Positions 9,302-19,725 of a stretch of 64,000 nucleotides of DNA are shown here, piece by piece (the first letter of the stretch is position 1; every line of letters starts with the position of its first letter). The position numbers and the translations under genes were made by a program. The notes under the pieces are model-generated. The model was given only the letters and a program-made list of their open reading frames with translations. It was not told the DNA's origin and did not search any database. The stretch is from a bacterium (lineage in GTDB: Bacteria; Hinthialibacterota; Hinthialibacteria; Hinthialibacterales; Hinthialibacteraceae): positions 384,001 through 448,000 of the forward strand of contig CAXXMV010000002.1 of assembly GCA_963662285.2 (NCBI GenBank). Direction: 5' to 3'.

Positions 9302-11173
9302 GTGGTTGAAGGATGGGTCTGCTTGTCAGAATCAGGTAGGGCGCTGTTAGATGTTAATCTGGCGGCATTGCATGAAACTCAACCTTCGCTGATTCAGGTC
9401 ATCGAACAGCAAAAGAACAGGACGGATATTTTACTCAAGCCATTCGATAAGGGATTCTATCTGTGTAAATATCTGGTTGACGGCAAAGAAATCTCCATTC
9501 ATGACGCAGCAAATGTAATTCCTCACGCCTCTCAATTTTGTCAATCAATTCTGCACTCCTTCGATCAGGGCGCCTGGCTGGTTATGGCTCATGGCGCAGG
9601 ACTGGGTTACGCCATTCACCAGGCGTCAATTCAACTGGAAACCAAACGGCGCGGCGAACCGAAAGGCATTATATGTCTGGAAAAAAACGCTGGATTATTA
9701 TGCGCCGCGTTTTCTCTTTTTGATTTTACTATTCCCATTGGTACGGGGCGCATTCTGTGGGCGGTGGGTGATAGTTGCCAAGAACAATTATGCGCCCTCT
9801 GTCTGGATCACCATCTGGAGACGCTTGATAGAAAACAGATTCATGTTTTATCAGCGCTCAAATCAGAGATTGACTCTAATGCCAAAAAAGAATTAGAAGA
9901 GACGCTGCAATCATTTTGGCGTGAGCATCAATCGCTAAGAGAAGCATATTTTCAAAAACTAAAACAAGCCGATCAATATTGGTCTAATCCATCATCTGAG
10001 ATCAGCAAAGTCTGGACCCACTTCAACACTGATCGGGGCGGCGCCGAAATGCTGGTTGGATTGATAGATGGCTTTAATGAGTCGGGTCTCAAAACGCGGG
10101 CGCCGATGATGAAAGACCGGCTCTTTACCCGCTTCTATCGAGTAGCTGCGGATTTCTTCGATTTTCATCCTGACCTGATTCTATCCCAAAATCATTCTTC
10201 GGATTACATGGCGTCATTCGCGCAACAAATCCCAATTCCCCGCGCCGTATGGTACGTGGATGATCCTGCCAATATGGCCAATATCCCGTTTAATCAATAT
10301 GACCGCATCTTCTCGGTGTCTGATTCGTTTGTGAATGAAATAGAAGATAGAGGCGGGAATTTTACCGGCATCCTGCATCCTGCCGCTCCCGGTATTCTCA
10401 CTCCACCACAGAAACAAGATTGGCGTTTCCAGGCGTCTTATGTTGGATCGGTGCATGATAATCGAAAAATTCTGGATGGCATCCCAAGTGAGATTCGCGA
10501 ATGTCTTGAGAACGCAATTCTGAAAATGCAAAAAAATCATTTGAATACTGATATACCTAAAGCGATTTCTCAATTGTTGGAAGTGGATCAGATTAATCTG
10601 TTGGCCGGGATGCTGGCTGCATTAATTCCAAAAGCCCGTTATATGAATTCAGCCCAGACGGTGCAATATTTCATATATATGGAAGCCAACACCCGGAGGC
10701 GGGTTGAAGCCATTTCTCTCCTGGATGATATAGAAGGTCTGGCAATATATGGTCAATCTGCGTGGAAAGAACTACTCCCGACTCAGCGACTCAAGAAAGC
10801 CTATTACGGATCGATTGATTCACGCAATGACCTGTTGGAACTCTACCGCACAACAAAAATCAACCTCTGTTTCAACAGTCTTCAGGGATTCGGATTCATT
10901 AATCCACGCTTGTTTGATGTCCCTTCTGCGGGAGGATTTATTCTGGCTGAGTGGGTTGCGTTGCTTTCCAGCATCTTTGCAGACGAATCAGAATGCGTAT
11001 GGTACAAATCTATGATTGAAATGAAAAACAAGATTATAAATTATCTGGATGATGATGAGAAACGTTTGGATATAATTCGTAAGGCTCAATTGCGAATACT
11101 TGAAAAGCATACTTATAAACATCGTGCGCAAACCTTGTTGAAAGCGCTCAATTCTCAAGAGAAGAACCTATGA
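9302..11173 (+). CDS. Glycosyltransferase with C-terminal CgeB/Glyco_trans_1_2-like domain and Maf-like N-terminal region
   Basis: GAGLGY...CLEKN N-terminal motif, WYVDDP, KINLCF...NPRLFDVPSAGGFIL, HTYKHRA. Confidence 0.75.
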   Translation: MVEGWVCLSESGRALLDVNLAALHETQPSLIQVIEQQKNRTDILLKPFDKGFYLCKYLVDGKEISIHDAANVIPHASQFCQSILHSFDQGAWLVMAHGAGLGYAIHQASIQLETKRRGEPKGIICLEKNAGLLCAAFSLFDFTIPIGTGRILWAVGDSCQEQLCALCLDHHLETLDRKQIHVLSALKSEIDSNAKKELEETLQSFWREHQSLREAYFQKLKQADQYWSNPSSEISKVWTHFNTDRGGAEMLVGLIDGFNESGLKTRAPMMKDRLFTRFYRVAADFFDFHPDLILSQNHSSDYMASFAQQIPIPRAVWYVDDPANMANIPFNQYDRIFSVSDSFVNEIEDRGGNFTGILHPAAPGILTPPQKQDWRFQASYVGSVHDNRKILDGIPSEIRECLENAILKMQKNHLNTDIPKAISQLLEVDQINLLAGMLAALIPKARYMNSAQTVQYFIYMEANTRRRVEAISLLDDIEGLAIYGQSAWKELLPTQRLKKAYYGSIDSRNDLLELYRTTKINLCFNSLQGFGFINPRLFDVPSAGGFILAEWVALLSSIFADESECVWYKSMIEMKNKIINYLDDDEKRLDIIRKAQLRILEKHTYKHRAQTLLKALNSQEKNL

Positions 11174-11838
11174 AGCCTTTGTTATCCATATTGCGCTCCA
11201 AGTGGTTGTGGGGGATAGGCCTCGCTTTCTTTGTATTATTCATCTGCTTTTGCTGTACTTTTCCCACTCGAACTCCGGCGATGAATCCTACGATAAAACA
11301 ATTTGTTCAGGAACATACGCCCGGTTCAGAAATAGACTTATTTAATGGAAAAGATTTATCAGGTTGGGATATTCATGGTTTTGGAAAGTGGAGCGTCAAA
11401 GATGGCGTATTGTCCGCCAAACGTGGTATTGGTTATCTCTCTACTCAATACAGCGAATTTGAGGACATTATTATATCAGTGCAAATTCGTATTAGCGCAA
11501 AAGGAAACAGCGGCGTCTTCTTTCGTGCGCAACACCCCGGTTTAGGTTTTCGTCCTTGGCCGGTTGGTTATGAGGCTCAAGTCGATAACCATGACGCAAA
11601 GAACCTGACTGGCAGTCTCTATGACAGAGTAAGCGCAGTAAAACAATATGCTAAAGATGATGAATGGTTTGATATGAGGATTGCCGTGATTGGCGCTAAC
11701 ATAAAAATTCAAGTTAATGGTGAAACAGTAGTCGATGCAACCGATTCATCTTTTTCTAAAGGTTTTATCGCCTTGCAAGCGCATGATGTTTTCTCACGCG
11801 TCGAATATAGGAATATAAAATTAAGCATACCCGATTAA
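11170..11838 (+). CDS. DUF1080 (3-keto-disaccharide hydrolase-like) protein, membrane-anchored or secreted
   Basis: LFNGKDLSGW, GNSGVFFR, GYEAQV, TGSLY, GFIALQAH, YRNIK. Overlaps upstream stop (ATGA). Confidence 0.92.
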   Translation: MKPLLSILRSKWLWGIGLAFFVLFICFCCTFPTRTPAMNPTIKQFVQEHTPGSEIDLFNGKDLSGWDIHGFGKWSVKDGVLSAKRGIGYLSTQYSEFEDIIISVQIRISAKGNSGVFFRAQHPGLGFRPWPVGYEAQVDNHDAKNLTGSLYDRVSAVKQYAKDDEWFDMRIAVIGANIKIQVNGETVVDATDSSFSKGFIALQAHDVFSRVEYRNIKLSIPD

Positions 11839-11858
11839 GCGTATTTTAAAATACCACT

Positions 11859-12437
11859 CTAAATCTTACTTATTGCTTTATTGTAAGAGTAATCAAAGAG
11901 TAGTTCCCATTCAGAACGCTGTATCTGCTGGCATAATCTTTCTATTGGAGTCTTCTTTCCGCAATTTTGGTTGCATAGATCCGCAAAAGCCGACGCATTC
12001 CAGATACCTCCACTATCCGTGAAAATATCAGGCGCATCCTTTACTTTCAGTGATAAATCATGGGCGATACTGTATAATTGAATAAAAATGGGGTGAGTTG
12101 GTACTTTCGAAAACCAATATTTCGCATTTGAATAATCAGCTTCGCGTCGGTGTATGATCCCATGTAGATAGCTGCTGGTAGTTGAGGGAATGGTTTGGAC
12201 AATCGAATGTGATTCTTCCAGGTAATCGTGGTAAATCCAAATACATGCAATACATATGCAAACCATGTATTGGTCGGATGCCTGCTCATGCTGGAGAATA
12301 TTATTGACTGAAAGTCCATTCAACGCGGGGCGCATTGTTTCGTTCGGTGTTCCTGGCCCTAAATCGAATACCCGATTCTCTCTTAAGAATTGATGGATGT
12401 TGGATCCATAGGCGTTTGGATTGAATACTAGCGGCAT
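11859..12437 (-). CDS. Conserved hypothetical protein
   Basis: 192-aa ORF with the motif WIYHDYLEESHSIVQ...YLHGIIHRREADYSNAKYWF...EWELLFDY, resembling a conserved uncharacterised family. Confidence 0.75.
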   Translation of the reverse strand: MPLVFNPNAYGSNIHQFLRENRVFDLGPGTPNETMRPALNGLSVNNILQHEQASDQYMVCICIACIWIYHDYLEESHSIVQTIPSTTSSYLHGIIHRREADYSNAKYWFSKVPTHPIFIQLYSIAHDLSLKVKDAPDIFTDSGGIWNASAFADLCNQNCGKKTPIERLCQQIQRSEWELLFDYSYNKAISKI

Positions 12438-12772
12438 ATTAACAGGACCTAATCAAATTATTGGGGGATCATGTATTTGTCGATCTAGACTCATTATAGA
12501 GTAATATGGATTCGATCCAATATGGATATTAGATTTAAGCTTAAAACATAGATATTTATCCATTGTTCGCCTATATTCTTTATAGAGCGGTTCTTGAAAT
12601 TATGATGTTGTTGATTCTTTGTCCTGATAATTGATGCGCCTTCAGGATTGAGCCTTAATATCCAGGGCAAACTATGATATACAGGATATTGTTATGTAAT
12701 TACATTATTTACTATATAATTCGCAAAATTAGTATAGAATAATTTCGGGCAGAGAAATTAACGTTTTTCATC

Positions 12773-15700
12773 ATGTTAGATATCCTTACTTCTATGAGAT
12801 ATACATTGGGCGTTGCGTACGGCATCTTGTTTTCACTACGATTTAGAAATCGATGGATTTTCTTAATCATTATCTCCTGTTTCTTAGCTGATTCATTATT
12901 TGCAGATATAAACAACCTCACCCATCGTGCGTTTTATCCTTCTGACGGATTGGCGTACGAAGTAGTCCGCGATATCTATAAAACTCCTGATGGAGTGGTT
13001 TGGTTTGCGACATGGGGCGGTGGAATATCATCGCTGGACAAAACCAAATGGAAGACATATACAACAAAGAATGATCTTCCTTCTAATGATGTCCGCGTCC
13101 TCATGGTTGATAGTTATGAGAATCTTTGGGCTGGAACGGCTGATGGGATGGCGGTATTGCATCAAGGTAAATGGACTAAAATTCTATGCGATATTTATAA
13201 TGATTTTCTCTTTAATATTTTTTCTATCACAGAAATACATCCAGGTACTATCTGGATCGGTCTAGAGAAAGGCTTTATCCTGCAATATAAATGGTCTAAT
13301 GATGCCTCGCTAAAAGATTCATCTCCCTCATTCCTAAATGGTTCTTGGACTTTAATTCTGAATCCAAAAGATAGCGGCGATCAGGATATTCGTGATATCA
13401 GGCGAATGAAAAATGGGGAGATATGGGTTGCATTAGAATTCGGTGGGATTCTTGTTTATGCTGATCAGCAATGGCGATTGCTTGATGGTATTAAATGTCC
13501 CAAGAGTGCACGATCAATATTTCAGAGACGAGATGGCTCCATTTGGGTGGCTACTGATGGAAGCCTATGTAAATATGATGGGTGTGATTGGGAAATTATT
13601 TTAGATGATGATTCCGAGACTTTGTACGTTTCTGAAACTGTGAATGGTGAATTGTGCGTCGGGGGGAAAACGGGATTCAAAATATATAGTAATGAAACAT
13701 GGCTCCAACCGGCATTTGTAAGAGATATTCCTTATCCTTATATCGAGTCGATAAGTTGTTTTGATGATGGAACTATATGGCTTGGCTCTCGATATGGCGC
13801 TCATCTCTTATCTTATTGCTCATGGTTTTTGTATAATCATCTCACTGATGGCGCCTCCCTCAATGGAAATGTATTTTACGCTGATCCTGACACGCCTCCG
13901 GCTGCAGTGGATAGTGAGGGGAGGTTGCAGCGTTTTTTAAATGATGCATGGACGCCTACGGCTTTTCTGGGCGCTGACGTTAAAGAGGCTAAAGAATCTA
14001 CCAAGGCCTATGATGGGAGAATATGGATACTCTCCGGTGATAAAGTGGTGCAGGTTTCATTGACTGATAATATCCTTCTTCAATCAGTTAAAATTCCTGA
14101 AGAAAAGAGCCTTAGCCATCACCTTTTCCAATCGAGTAAGGGACGATTATTTTTATATGGCAAGAAAGGCGCATACGAATTTGTGGATAATGCCTGGATT
14201 CCTCAGCCATCTTATCCCTTTTACGAACGGAAATCCCTCTTATGTATGGAGGAGACCGAAGATGGTTCTATCATCGCAGGATTGGATTTTTCTTTTGAAA
14301 TTTGGCGTAGTGATAAATATGAGGAGATTGATTTAGAGGAAGGCAAGAGAGTCTTGCATCCCTTATGGACCTCATATCGTGACAAATCCAATACTTTATG
14401 GTTCGGAACCTCTGGTTCAGGAGTGATTCAGTATAAGGATGGCGCCGTCTCTCAGCATATAACAACAGAGGATGGTCTTATTAGCAACCGTATCTCGTGT
14501 TTTTATGAAGCTTCGGATAATGCGTTGTGGGTGGGATCTTTTGCTTTAGGCGTATCGTTTTTATACGATAATCGCTGGGTGAACTATACCCGTTCGGATG
14601 GTTTGGCTAATGATCGCGTCATGGCAATTGGAGAATATCCCAAAGGAGTCATCTGGATTTCGGTTAATAATGCGGGAATTTTTCGCAATAATTACTCAAC
14701 TGACGCTCCTGAAGCAAAGATTGAAAAATATCCTACACAAGTATTTCCCAATGGCCGGGGGATTTTTTATGTATCAGGTATTGATGCATGGAAAAAGACC
14801 AAACAATCTGATTTATTCTTTTCCTGGCGCATCGTACCTAATAAGGCTGAATCAAGTATAATTCCCTGGTCTTCCTTTAATAAAGAATCCGTTATTGTCA
14901 CTCATCGCCTTAATCCGGGAGAATATATTTTTCAAGTTCGCGTCGCAGACTCTGATCGGAACATTGATCCTACTCCCGCAGAAGTTCATTTTGTGACGCT
15001 GCCTTACTTATGGCAGACAGCGGAGTTTCTGTTGCCGGTGTCTCTGTTGTTTATGATTGCTGTAACTGCTGTTTATATAGGGATTCAAAAGCGCTATGCA
15101 ATGCTTGAATCTGAAAAAAAATATCGCGAACTCGTCGAATCAATTGATGATATCGTTTATTCGACGGATGAAAGTGGAATCATTACATACATCAGTCCCG
15201 CCGTTGAAGATTCAGTGGGATACAAGCCTTCTCAGTTAATCGGACAATCTTTTGACTGTTTTGTTCATGAAGAGGATCGAGAGAATATATACCAAGGTTT
15301 TAAAAGCCTGCTTGATGGTAATATCAAAGCTGGAGAATATCGGTTTATCTGCCGTTCGGGCGAGATTATCTGGTTGCGAACCTCTTCTCATCCCACTTAC
15401 GAGAATGATCGTATTGTAGGTGTAAGCGGTATTGCCGCTAATATCACGGATAGAAAAATGGCGGAAGATGCCCTGCAAAAAGCTAAGGATGAACTGAGTA
15501 AACGCGTTGTTGAAAGGACGGCTGAATTATTAAATGCTAACATGACTCTCAAAGAGGAGATTCTGGTTCGTCAACAAGCCCAAATTGATTTGGAAAGAAG
15601 CGAAAAGAAATTTCGAACTTTATTTGATCATGCTGGTGATGATATTTTTATTCTTGATTTTGAAAGACGCATCCTTGAAGCAAACCAGGGCGTCTGTCTT

Positions 15701-17137
15701 CGGTTGGGGTATAGTCGTAATGAAATGTTGCGCAAATCATTGAATAATATCGTATCAGTAGACTGTCTTGGTTTTATTCCTGAGTGGTTCATGCAAATCG
15801 AACAACATGGATTCGCTGTTTTTGAATCGAAACATGTTAAGAAGGATGGTTCTATTGTTCCGGTTGAGGTCAATGCATGCATCTTTAATTTGAAAGGTCA
15901 AAAAGCCATTCTCTGCATCTGTCGTGACATTACTGAACGCAAACAGATTGAAAAAGAACGGCTTCTGTGTGAAGCGCAAATTCGGCAATCACGCAAAATG
16001 GAAGCTGTCGGCGAACTGGCCGGCGGAGTAGCGCACGATTTTAATAATTTTCTCCATGTCATCCAGGGTTATACCCAAATGGTCATGAAGGAACTCAGCC
16101 CGAATAACAAATCATACGAATATCTGGATAAAGCGATGAAAGCAGCTGAACGATCCGCCGATCTGACCCGGCAGTTATTGGCTTTCAGCCGCAGACAGGC
16201 GCTTAATAAGGAGTTGCTCGATTTCAATGCGCTGATATCTGAATTAGTTGCTATGTTAAGTCGTATTATTGGTGAACATATCGAAATAAGTCTTGATCTT
16301 TATCAAGAACTTGGCAGTATCCATGCTGATCCGGCTATGATGGAACAGATTCTTATGAATCTATGCGTTAATGCTAGAGATGCTATGCCGGATGGTGGGC
16401 GGTTGGATATTTCAACAGAAAATGTTGCGCTTTCTCAATCCTTCTGTGAAAAACAACTCTGGGCTAAACCTGGCGAATATGTTCTGTTGAAGGTTTGTGA
16501 TACTGGTTTTGGCATTGCGCCTGAAATCTTAGATAATATTTTTGAGCCGTTTTTTACAACTAAAGATCAGGGTAAAGGGACTGGTTTGGGTCTTTCTACG
16601 GTATATGGATGCGTCCGGCAGCACAATGGGCTTCTCAATGTAAAAAGTGCCATTGAAGAAGGTTCTGAGTTTTTAATTTACCTTCCTAGGGTTGAAGAAA
16701 CAATACCAATTGTTAAAAGCGTTCGAGAAGAAACCTCGATATACGGCGCTGAAACTATCCTTTTTGTTGATGATGAACCGATGGTGCGTGATTTGGCAGT
16801 ACAGGTACTTGAAGATAGTGGGTATACGGTTCTTTTGGCTTTTGATGGAAATGATGCATTGAGCGTCTTTGAAGAGAATGCTAATTCTATCGACTTGATT
16901 ATACTTGATTTAATTATGCCCAAGATGAACGGTATAGAAGTTTATAATAAGATTATAAACCAGTGGGGCGAAACAAGAGTTCTCTTTAGTAGTGGATATA
17001 GTTCTGAAATTTCTAAAGTAATGGATAATGGAGATGATTTCTATACTATTTCCAAGCCATATGCTCCCGCCATCCTTCTTCGAGCGGTACGCGAGGCGCT
17101 TGATTCAGAGAAAATCACTACAGAAAAGAATGCTTAG
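12773..17137 (+). CDS. Hybrid sensor histidine kinase: extracytoplasmic beta-propeller and Y_Y_Y-like domain, TM, two PAS, HisKA, HATPase, REC
   Basis: Reg_prop-like repeats (DGLA..VVRDI, DG.IW.AT), PGEYIFQVR, PAS domains ending DITERK, H-box LAGGVAHDFNN, EPFFTTK..GKGTGLGL, receiver LFVDDE...DLIMP...KPY. Confidence 0.93.
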   Translation: MLDILTSMRYTLGVAYGILFSLRFRNRWIFLIIISCFLADSLFADINNLTHRAFYPSDGLAYEVVRDIYKTPDGVVWFATWGGGISSLDKTKWKTYTTKNDLPSNDVRVLMVDSYENLWAGTADGMAVLHQGKWTKILCDIYNDFLFNIFSITEIHPGTIWIGLEKGFILQYKWSNDASLKDSSPSFLNGSWTLILNPKDSGDQDIRDIRRMKNGEIWVALEFGGILVYADQQWRLLDGIKCPKSARSIFQRRDGSIWVATDGSLCKYDGCDWEIILDDDSETLYVSETVNGELCVGGKTGFKIYSNETWLQPAFVRDIPYPYIESISCFDDGTIWLGSRYGAHLLSYCSWFLYNHLTDGASLNGNVFYADPDTPPAAVDSEGRLQRFLNDAWTPTAFLGADVKEAKESTKAYDGRIWILSGDKVVQVSLTDNILLQSVKIPEEKSLSHHLFQSSKGRLFLYGKKGAYEFVDNAWIPQPSYPFYERKSLLCMEETEDGSIIAGLDFSFEIWRSDKYEEIDLEEGKRVLHPLWTSYRDKSNTLWFGTSGSGVIQYKDGAVSQHITTEDGLISNRISCFYEASDNALWVGSFALGVSFLYDNRWVNYTRSDGLANDRVMAIGEYPKGVIWISVNNAGIFRNNYSTDAPEAKIEKYPTQVFPNGRGIFYVSGIDAWKKTKQSDLFFSWRIVPNKAESSIIPWSSFNKESVIVTHRLNPGEYIFQVRVADSDRNIDPTPAEVHFVTLPYLWQTAEFLLPVSLLFMIAVTAVYIGIQKRYAMLESEKKYRELVESIDDIVYSTDESGIITYISPAVEDSVGYKPSQLIGQSFDCFVHEEDRENIYQGFKSLLDGNIKAGEYRFICRSGEIIWLRTSSHPTYENDRIVGVSGIAANITDRKMAEDALQKAKDELSKRVVERTAELLNANMTLKEEILVRQQAQIDLERSEKKFRTLFDHAGDDIFILDFERRILEANQGVCLRLGYSRNEMLRKSLNNIVSVDCLGFIPEWFMQIEQHGFAVFESKHVKKDGSIVPVEVNACIFNLKGQKAILCICRDITERKQIEKERLLCEAQIRQSRKMEAVGELAGGVAHDFNNFLHVIQGYTQMVMKELSPNNKSYEYLDKAMKAAERSADLTRQLLAFSRRQALNKELLDFNALISELVAMLSRIIGEHIEISLDLYQELGSIHADPAMMEQILMNLCVNARDAMPDGGRLDISTENVALSQSFCEKQLWAKPGEYVLLKVCDTGFGIAPEILDNIFEPFFTTKDQGKGTGLGLSTVYGCVRQHNGLLNVKSAIEEGSEFLIYLPRVEETIPIVKSVREETSIYGAETILFVDDEPMVRDLAVQVLEDSGYTVLLAFDGNDALSVFEENANSIDLIILDLIMPKMNGIEVYNKIINQWGETRVLFSSGYSSEISKVMDNGDDFYTISKPYAPAILLRAVREALDSEKITTEKNA

Positions 17138-17181
17138 ATATGTTCTCGAAAAGCGTTCTGTTTTGTGCAAATATCACTATC

Positions 17182-19332
17182 CTATTGAGCATATCCCAAT
17201 GAGCGTAGATGGTCTATCATAGCTGGATCAATTGGTTCAAGGATTTCTGTTAAAGAACCAAACTCTTCAGATAATAATTCGTTGGACTGAATTCTCTCTC
17301 CGATATCTTTTTCAGACATTCTTTTTACCAATGCACTTAAAAGATTAATAATGTTGACCTCGAAATCAGGATCATCTTGCATTCTCTCAATTGCTTCTGC
17401 GTTATCTTTTTCTCTCTTGATCCATAAGGAAAGGTCTTCTGGCGTTGGTATGTTTTTTTGACAGGAGTTTTGCTTAATGTTTGCTAAATTGCCATTCTCG
17501 AACGGAGGCATAGCGGCTACAAATTCTGTTTGAGTATTATTATTTTCAGCGCCGAAATGGAAATGTCCCAGAGGAGTGAATTCCTGGTGGTCATTAACAC
17601 GGTCTATAATCCATACGCGATCAGTTCTAATGCTGAACTTTTTGTTGAAACTTCTGGTTTGCAGTTCCCAAATGATTTTATATTTATCATTCCAGGCCGA
17701 TATCGCATTCCCGAATGCTGCATCAGCGGTATGGATGTCGCGCAATTTTTGCTTAGGATTCTTCCACAGAGATTCGATGCTATCTCCGGTAAAAAGGTCT
17801 TGTGCTATTGGATGATTAGATTCACCAATAAGGTCCAGGATAGTCGGCGCAATATCGATTCCACTGACGCTTTGCTCAATATGCACGCCGCCGGGTATCA
17901 GTTTAGGGCATGAAGCGATCAATGGAACATGAATGTCCTGGTTATGCATTGTCCAGTGATCGAAATAGATGCCTCTCTCTCCAAAGTTCTCTCCGTGATC
18001 TGCTGTAAGAATAACGATAGTGTTATTTATAATCTGCATTTGGCGCATGGATTCCATCAGCCTGCCGATCTGCTGGTCAGTGCTGGTTATTTCTGCGCCG
18101 TATTCTTTTTTGAAATATTCCAGGTCGGTGAATCCCGCAGCCCATTGCGGGGCATTACCAAAGGGGAAAACCGCTTGATCCATAGAGTGATGTTCCGGTG
18201 ATTTTGGATCGCCTTTGTAATACATCTTGTGATAATTCCCATCAGCCTCGTATGGCGTATGTGGATTGAAATAATGCAGCCATAAAAAGAAAGGGCGTTC
18301 CCGCGGCTGTTCCATGAGTTCTATTGCCGCGCTGGTTGTCATGGAATCGGGGCGAATCTTAATCTTCTCGCTCGGTTTATCGTATATATCGAATCCTTGT
18401 TTAAGACCGGTCATGATATTATCAAGATGCCACACGCTCATAACGGCCTGCGTTTCATAACCCAGTTCTCTCAATATAAATGGTAATGAGGGCAGCGAGC
18501 GATTCAGCCGTTCCATATTATCAATAATTCCATGAACGTAGGGATGCACTGATGTGAAAATTGATAAATGCGCTGGATTGGTATAGCACGACGCAGAATA
18601 GGCTTTTTCAAATATAACGCCGCTTTGAGCCAGTGCGTCTATGGCTGGCGTCTGAACCCATGGATTCCCGTAACACCCCAGAAAATCAGCGCGTACTGTA
18701 TCGAAGGTTATTAATACAATATTGGGACGATCCGTTTGCTTTACTGGAACTTGACGGCCTTTAGATATAATGCGGGGGCTGCCCCATAAACCCCAATCGC
18801 TGTTGGCATTTCTGGAATCTACTTTTTCTCCAATCAGCGTTTCAAACCGAACTGTGGATTTTGTATTCTCGAACTGATTAAGTTCGATCTCTTCATTAAA
18901 CCAACAGCGATGTTCAGGATTTTTCTTGGGATCAATATATCTCGAATAAACTAATTCCGGGGCGCCTTCATCTGGTTCAATGTAAATCTGAAAGCGGATT
19001 CCGTCTCCAGCGCTTTTCCATGCGCCGGGCGCAACTCCTATAGAGAAAGCAATTTTTGCTTTAGCGCCGAGGAATATATCCTTGAAACGCAGCTGGCATG
19101 GAGCATGTTGAAAGATTCCCCATTGGGAATAATCCTCAATCTCAAAACGGGCGGCATGAACATAATCTGGTTTTGAGGCTTGATATTCGCCTTTGTCGAA
19201 AAGGTGAACAAAATCAATCTCTGTATTTATGGTCGCAACCTGCTTGCCGCAGGCGGAAAGTAAACCGAGTAGAGCCAATATTAGTAATTTAATGTGTGAT
19301 CTCCACAAAATATTATTTGTCATGTCTCCCAA
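17182..19332 (-). CDS. Sulfatase-like (alkaline phosphatase superfamily) lipoprotein
   Basis: Lipobox LLSA-C, PNIVLITFDTVRADFLG, TPAIDALA, FFLWLHYFNPH, TADHGE, C-terminal LRSLGY. Start may be ATG 19323. Confidence 0.85.
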   Translation of the reverse strand: MGDMTNNILWRSHIKLLILALLGLLSACGKQVATINTEIDFVHLFDKGEYQASKPDYVHAARFEIEDYSQWGIFQHAPCQLRFKDIFLGAKAKIAFSIGVAPGAWKSAGDGIRFQIYIEPDEGAPELVYSRYIDPKKNPEHRCWFNEEIELNQFENTKSTVRFETLIGEKVDSRNANSDWGLWGSPRIISKGRQVPVKQTDRPNIVLITFDTVRADFLGCYGNPWVQTPAIDALAQSGVIFEKAYSASCYTNPAHLSIFTSVHPYVHGIIDNMERLNRSLPSLPFILRELGYETQAVMSVWHLDNIMTGLKQGFDIYDKPSEKIKIRPDSMTTSAAIELMEQPRERPFFLWLHYFNPHTPYEADGNYHKMYYKGDPKSPEHHSMDQAVFPFGNAPQWAAGFTDLEYFKKEYGAEITSTDQQIGRLMESMRQMQIINNTIVILTADHGENFGERGIYFDHWTMHNQDIHVPLIASCPKLIPGGVHIEQSVSGIDIAPTILDLIGESNHPIAQDLFTGDSIESLWKNPKQKLRDIHTADAAFGNAISAWNDKYKIIWELQTRSFNKKFSIRTDRVWIIDRVNDHQEFTPLGHFHFGAENNNTQTEFVAAMPPFENGNLANIKQNSCQKNIPTPEDLSLWIKREKDNAEAIERMQDDPDFEVNIINLLSALVKRMSEKDIGERIQSNELLSEEFGSLTEILEPIDPAMIDHLRSLGYAQ

Positions 19333-19725
19333 ATCCCTTGGATTAGAGTATTTTATAATCAGTCTTGATGATTTATTTAATGATTACTTAGTTGTTTTAA
19401 TGATTGTACACGATCAATTTATTATTCCATAATGGTAACCACTATTAGATTCATTTGATGAATTTTATGGGATATGCAGGTTGCCAGCGTATTTATAAAT
19501 GTTTTTCTTATTAAAATTCAAGATTTGTGATCATATTATAGTTGCTCTTTAAGTTTTGGATCGTTAACCTGTTGTAAGAAGGCTGTATTTCTTCGTCTAA
19601 AAAATGATTTTTATTGTTTAAAATTATCTGTATTACATTCGTGACTGGAATATAATACATGTTATATACGTCGATAAATAGTAATAGTAAAAAAGTGTTA
19701 TCCATAAAGGATTGAAAATAAAACA

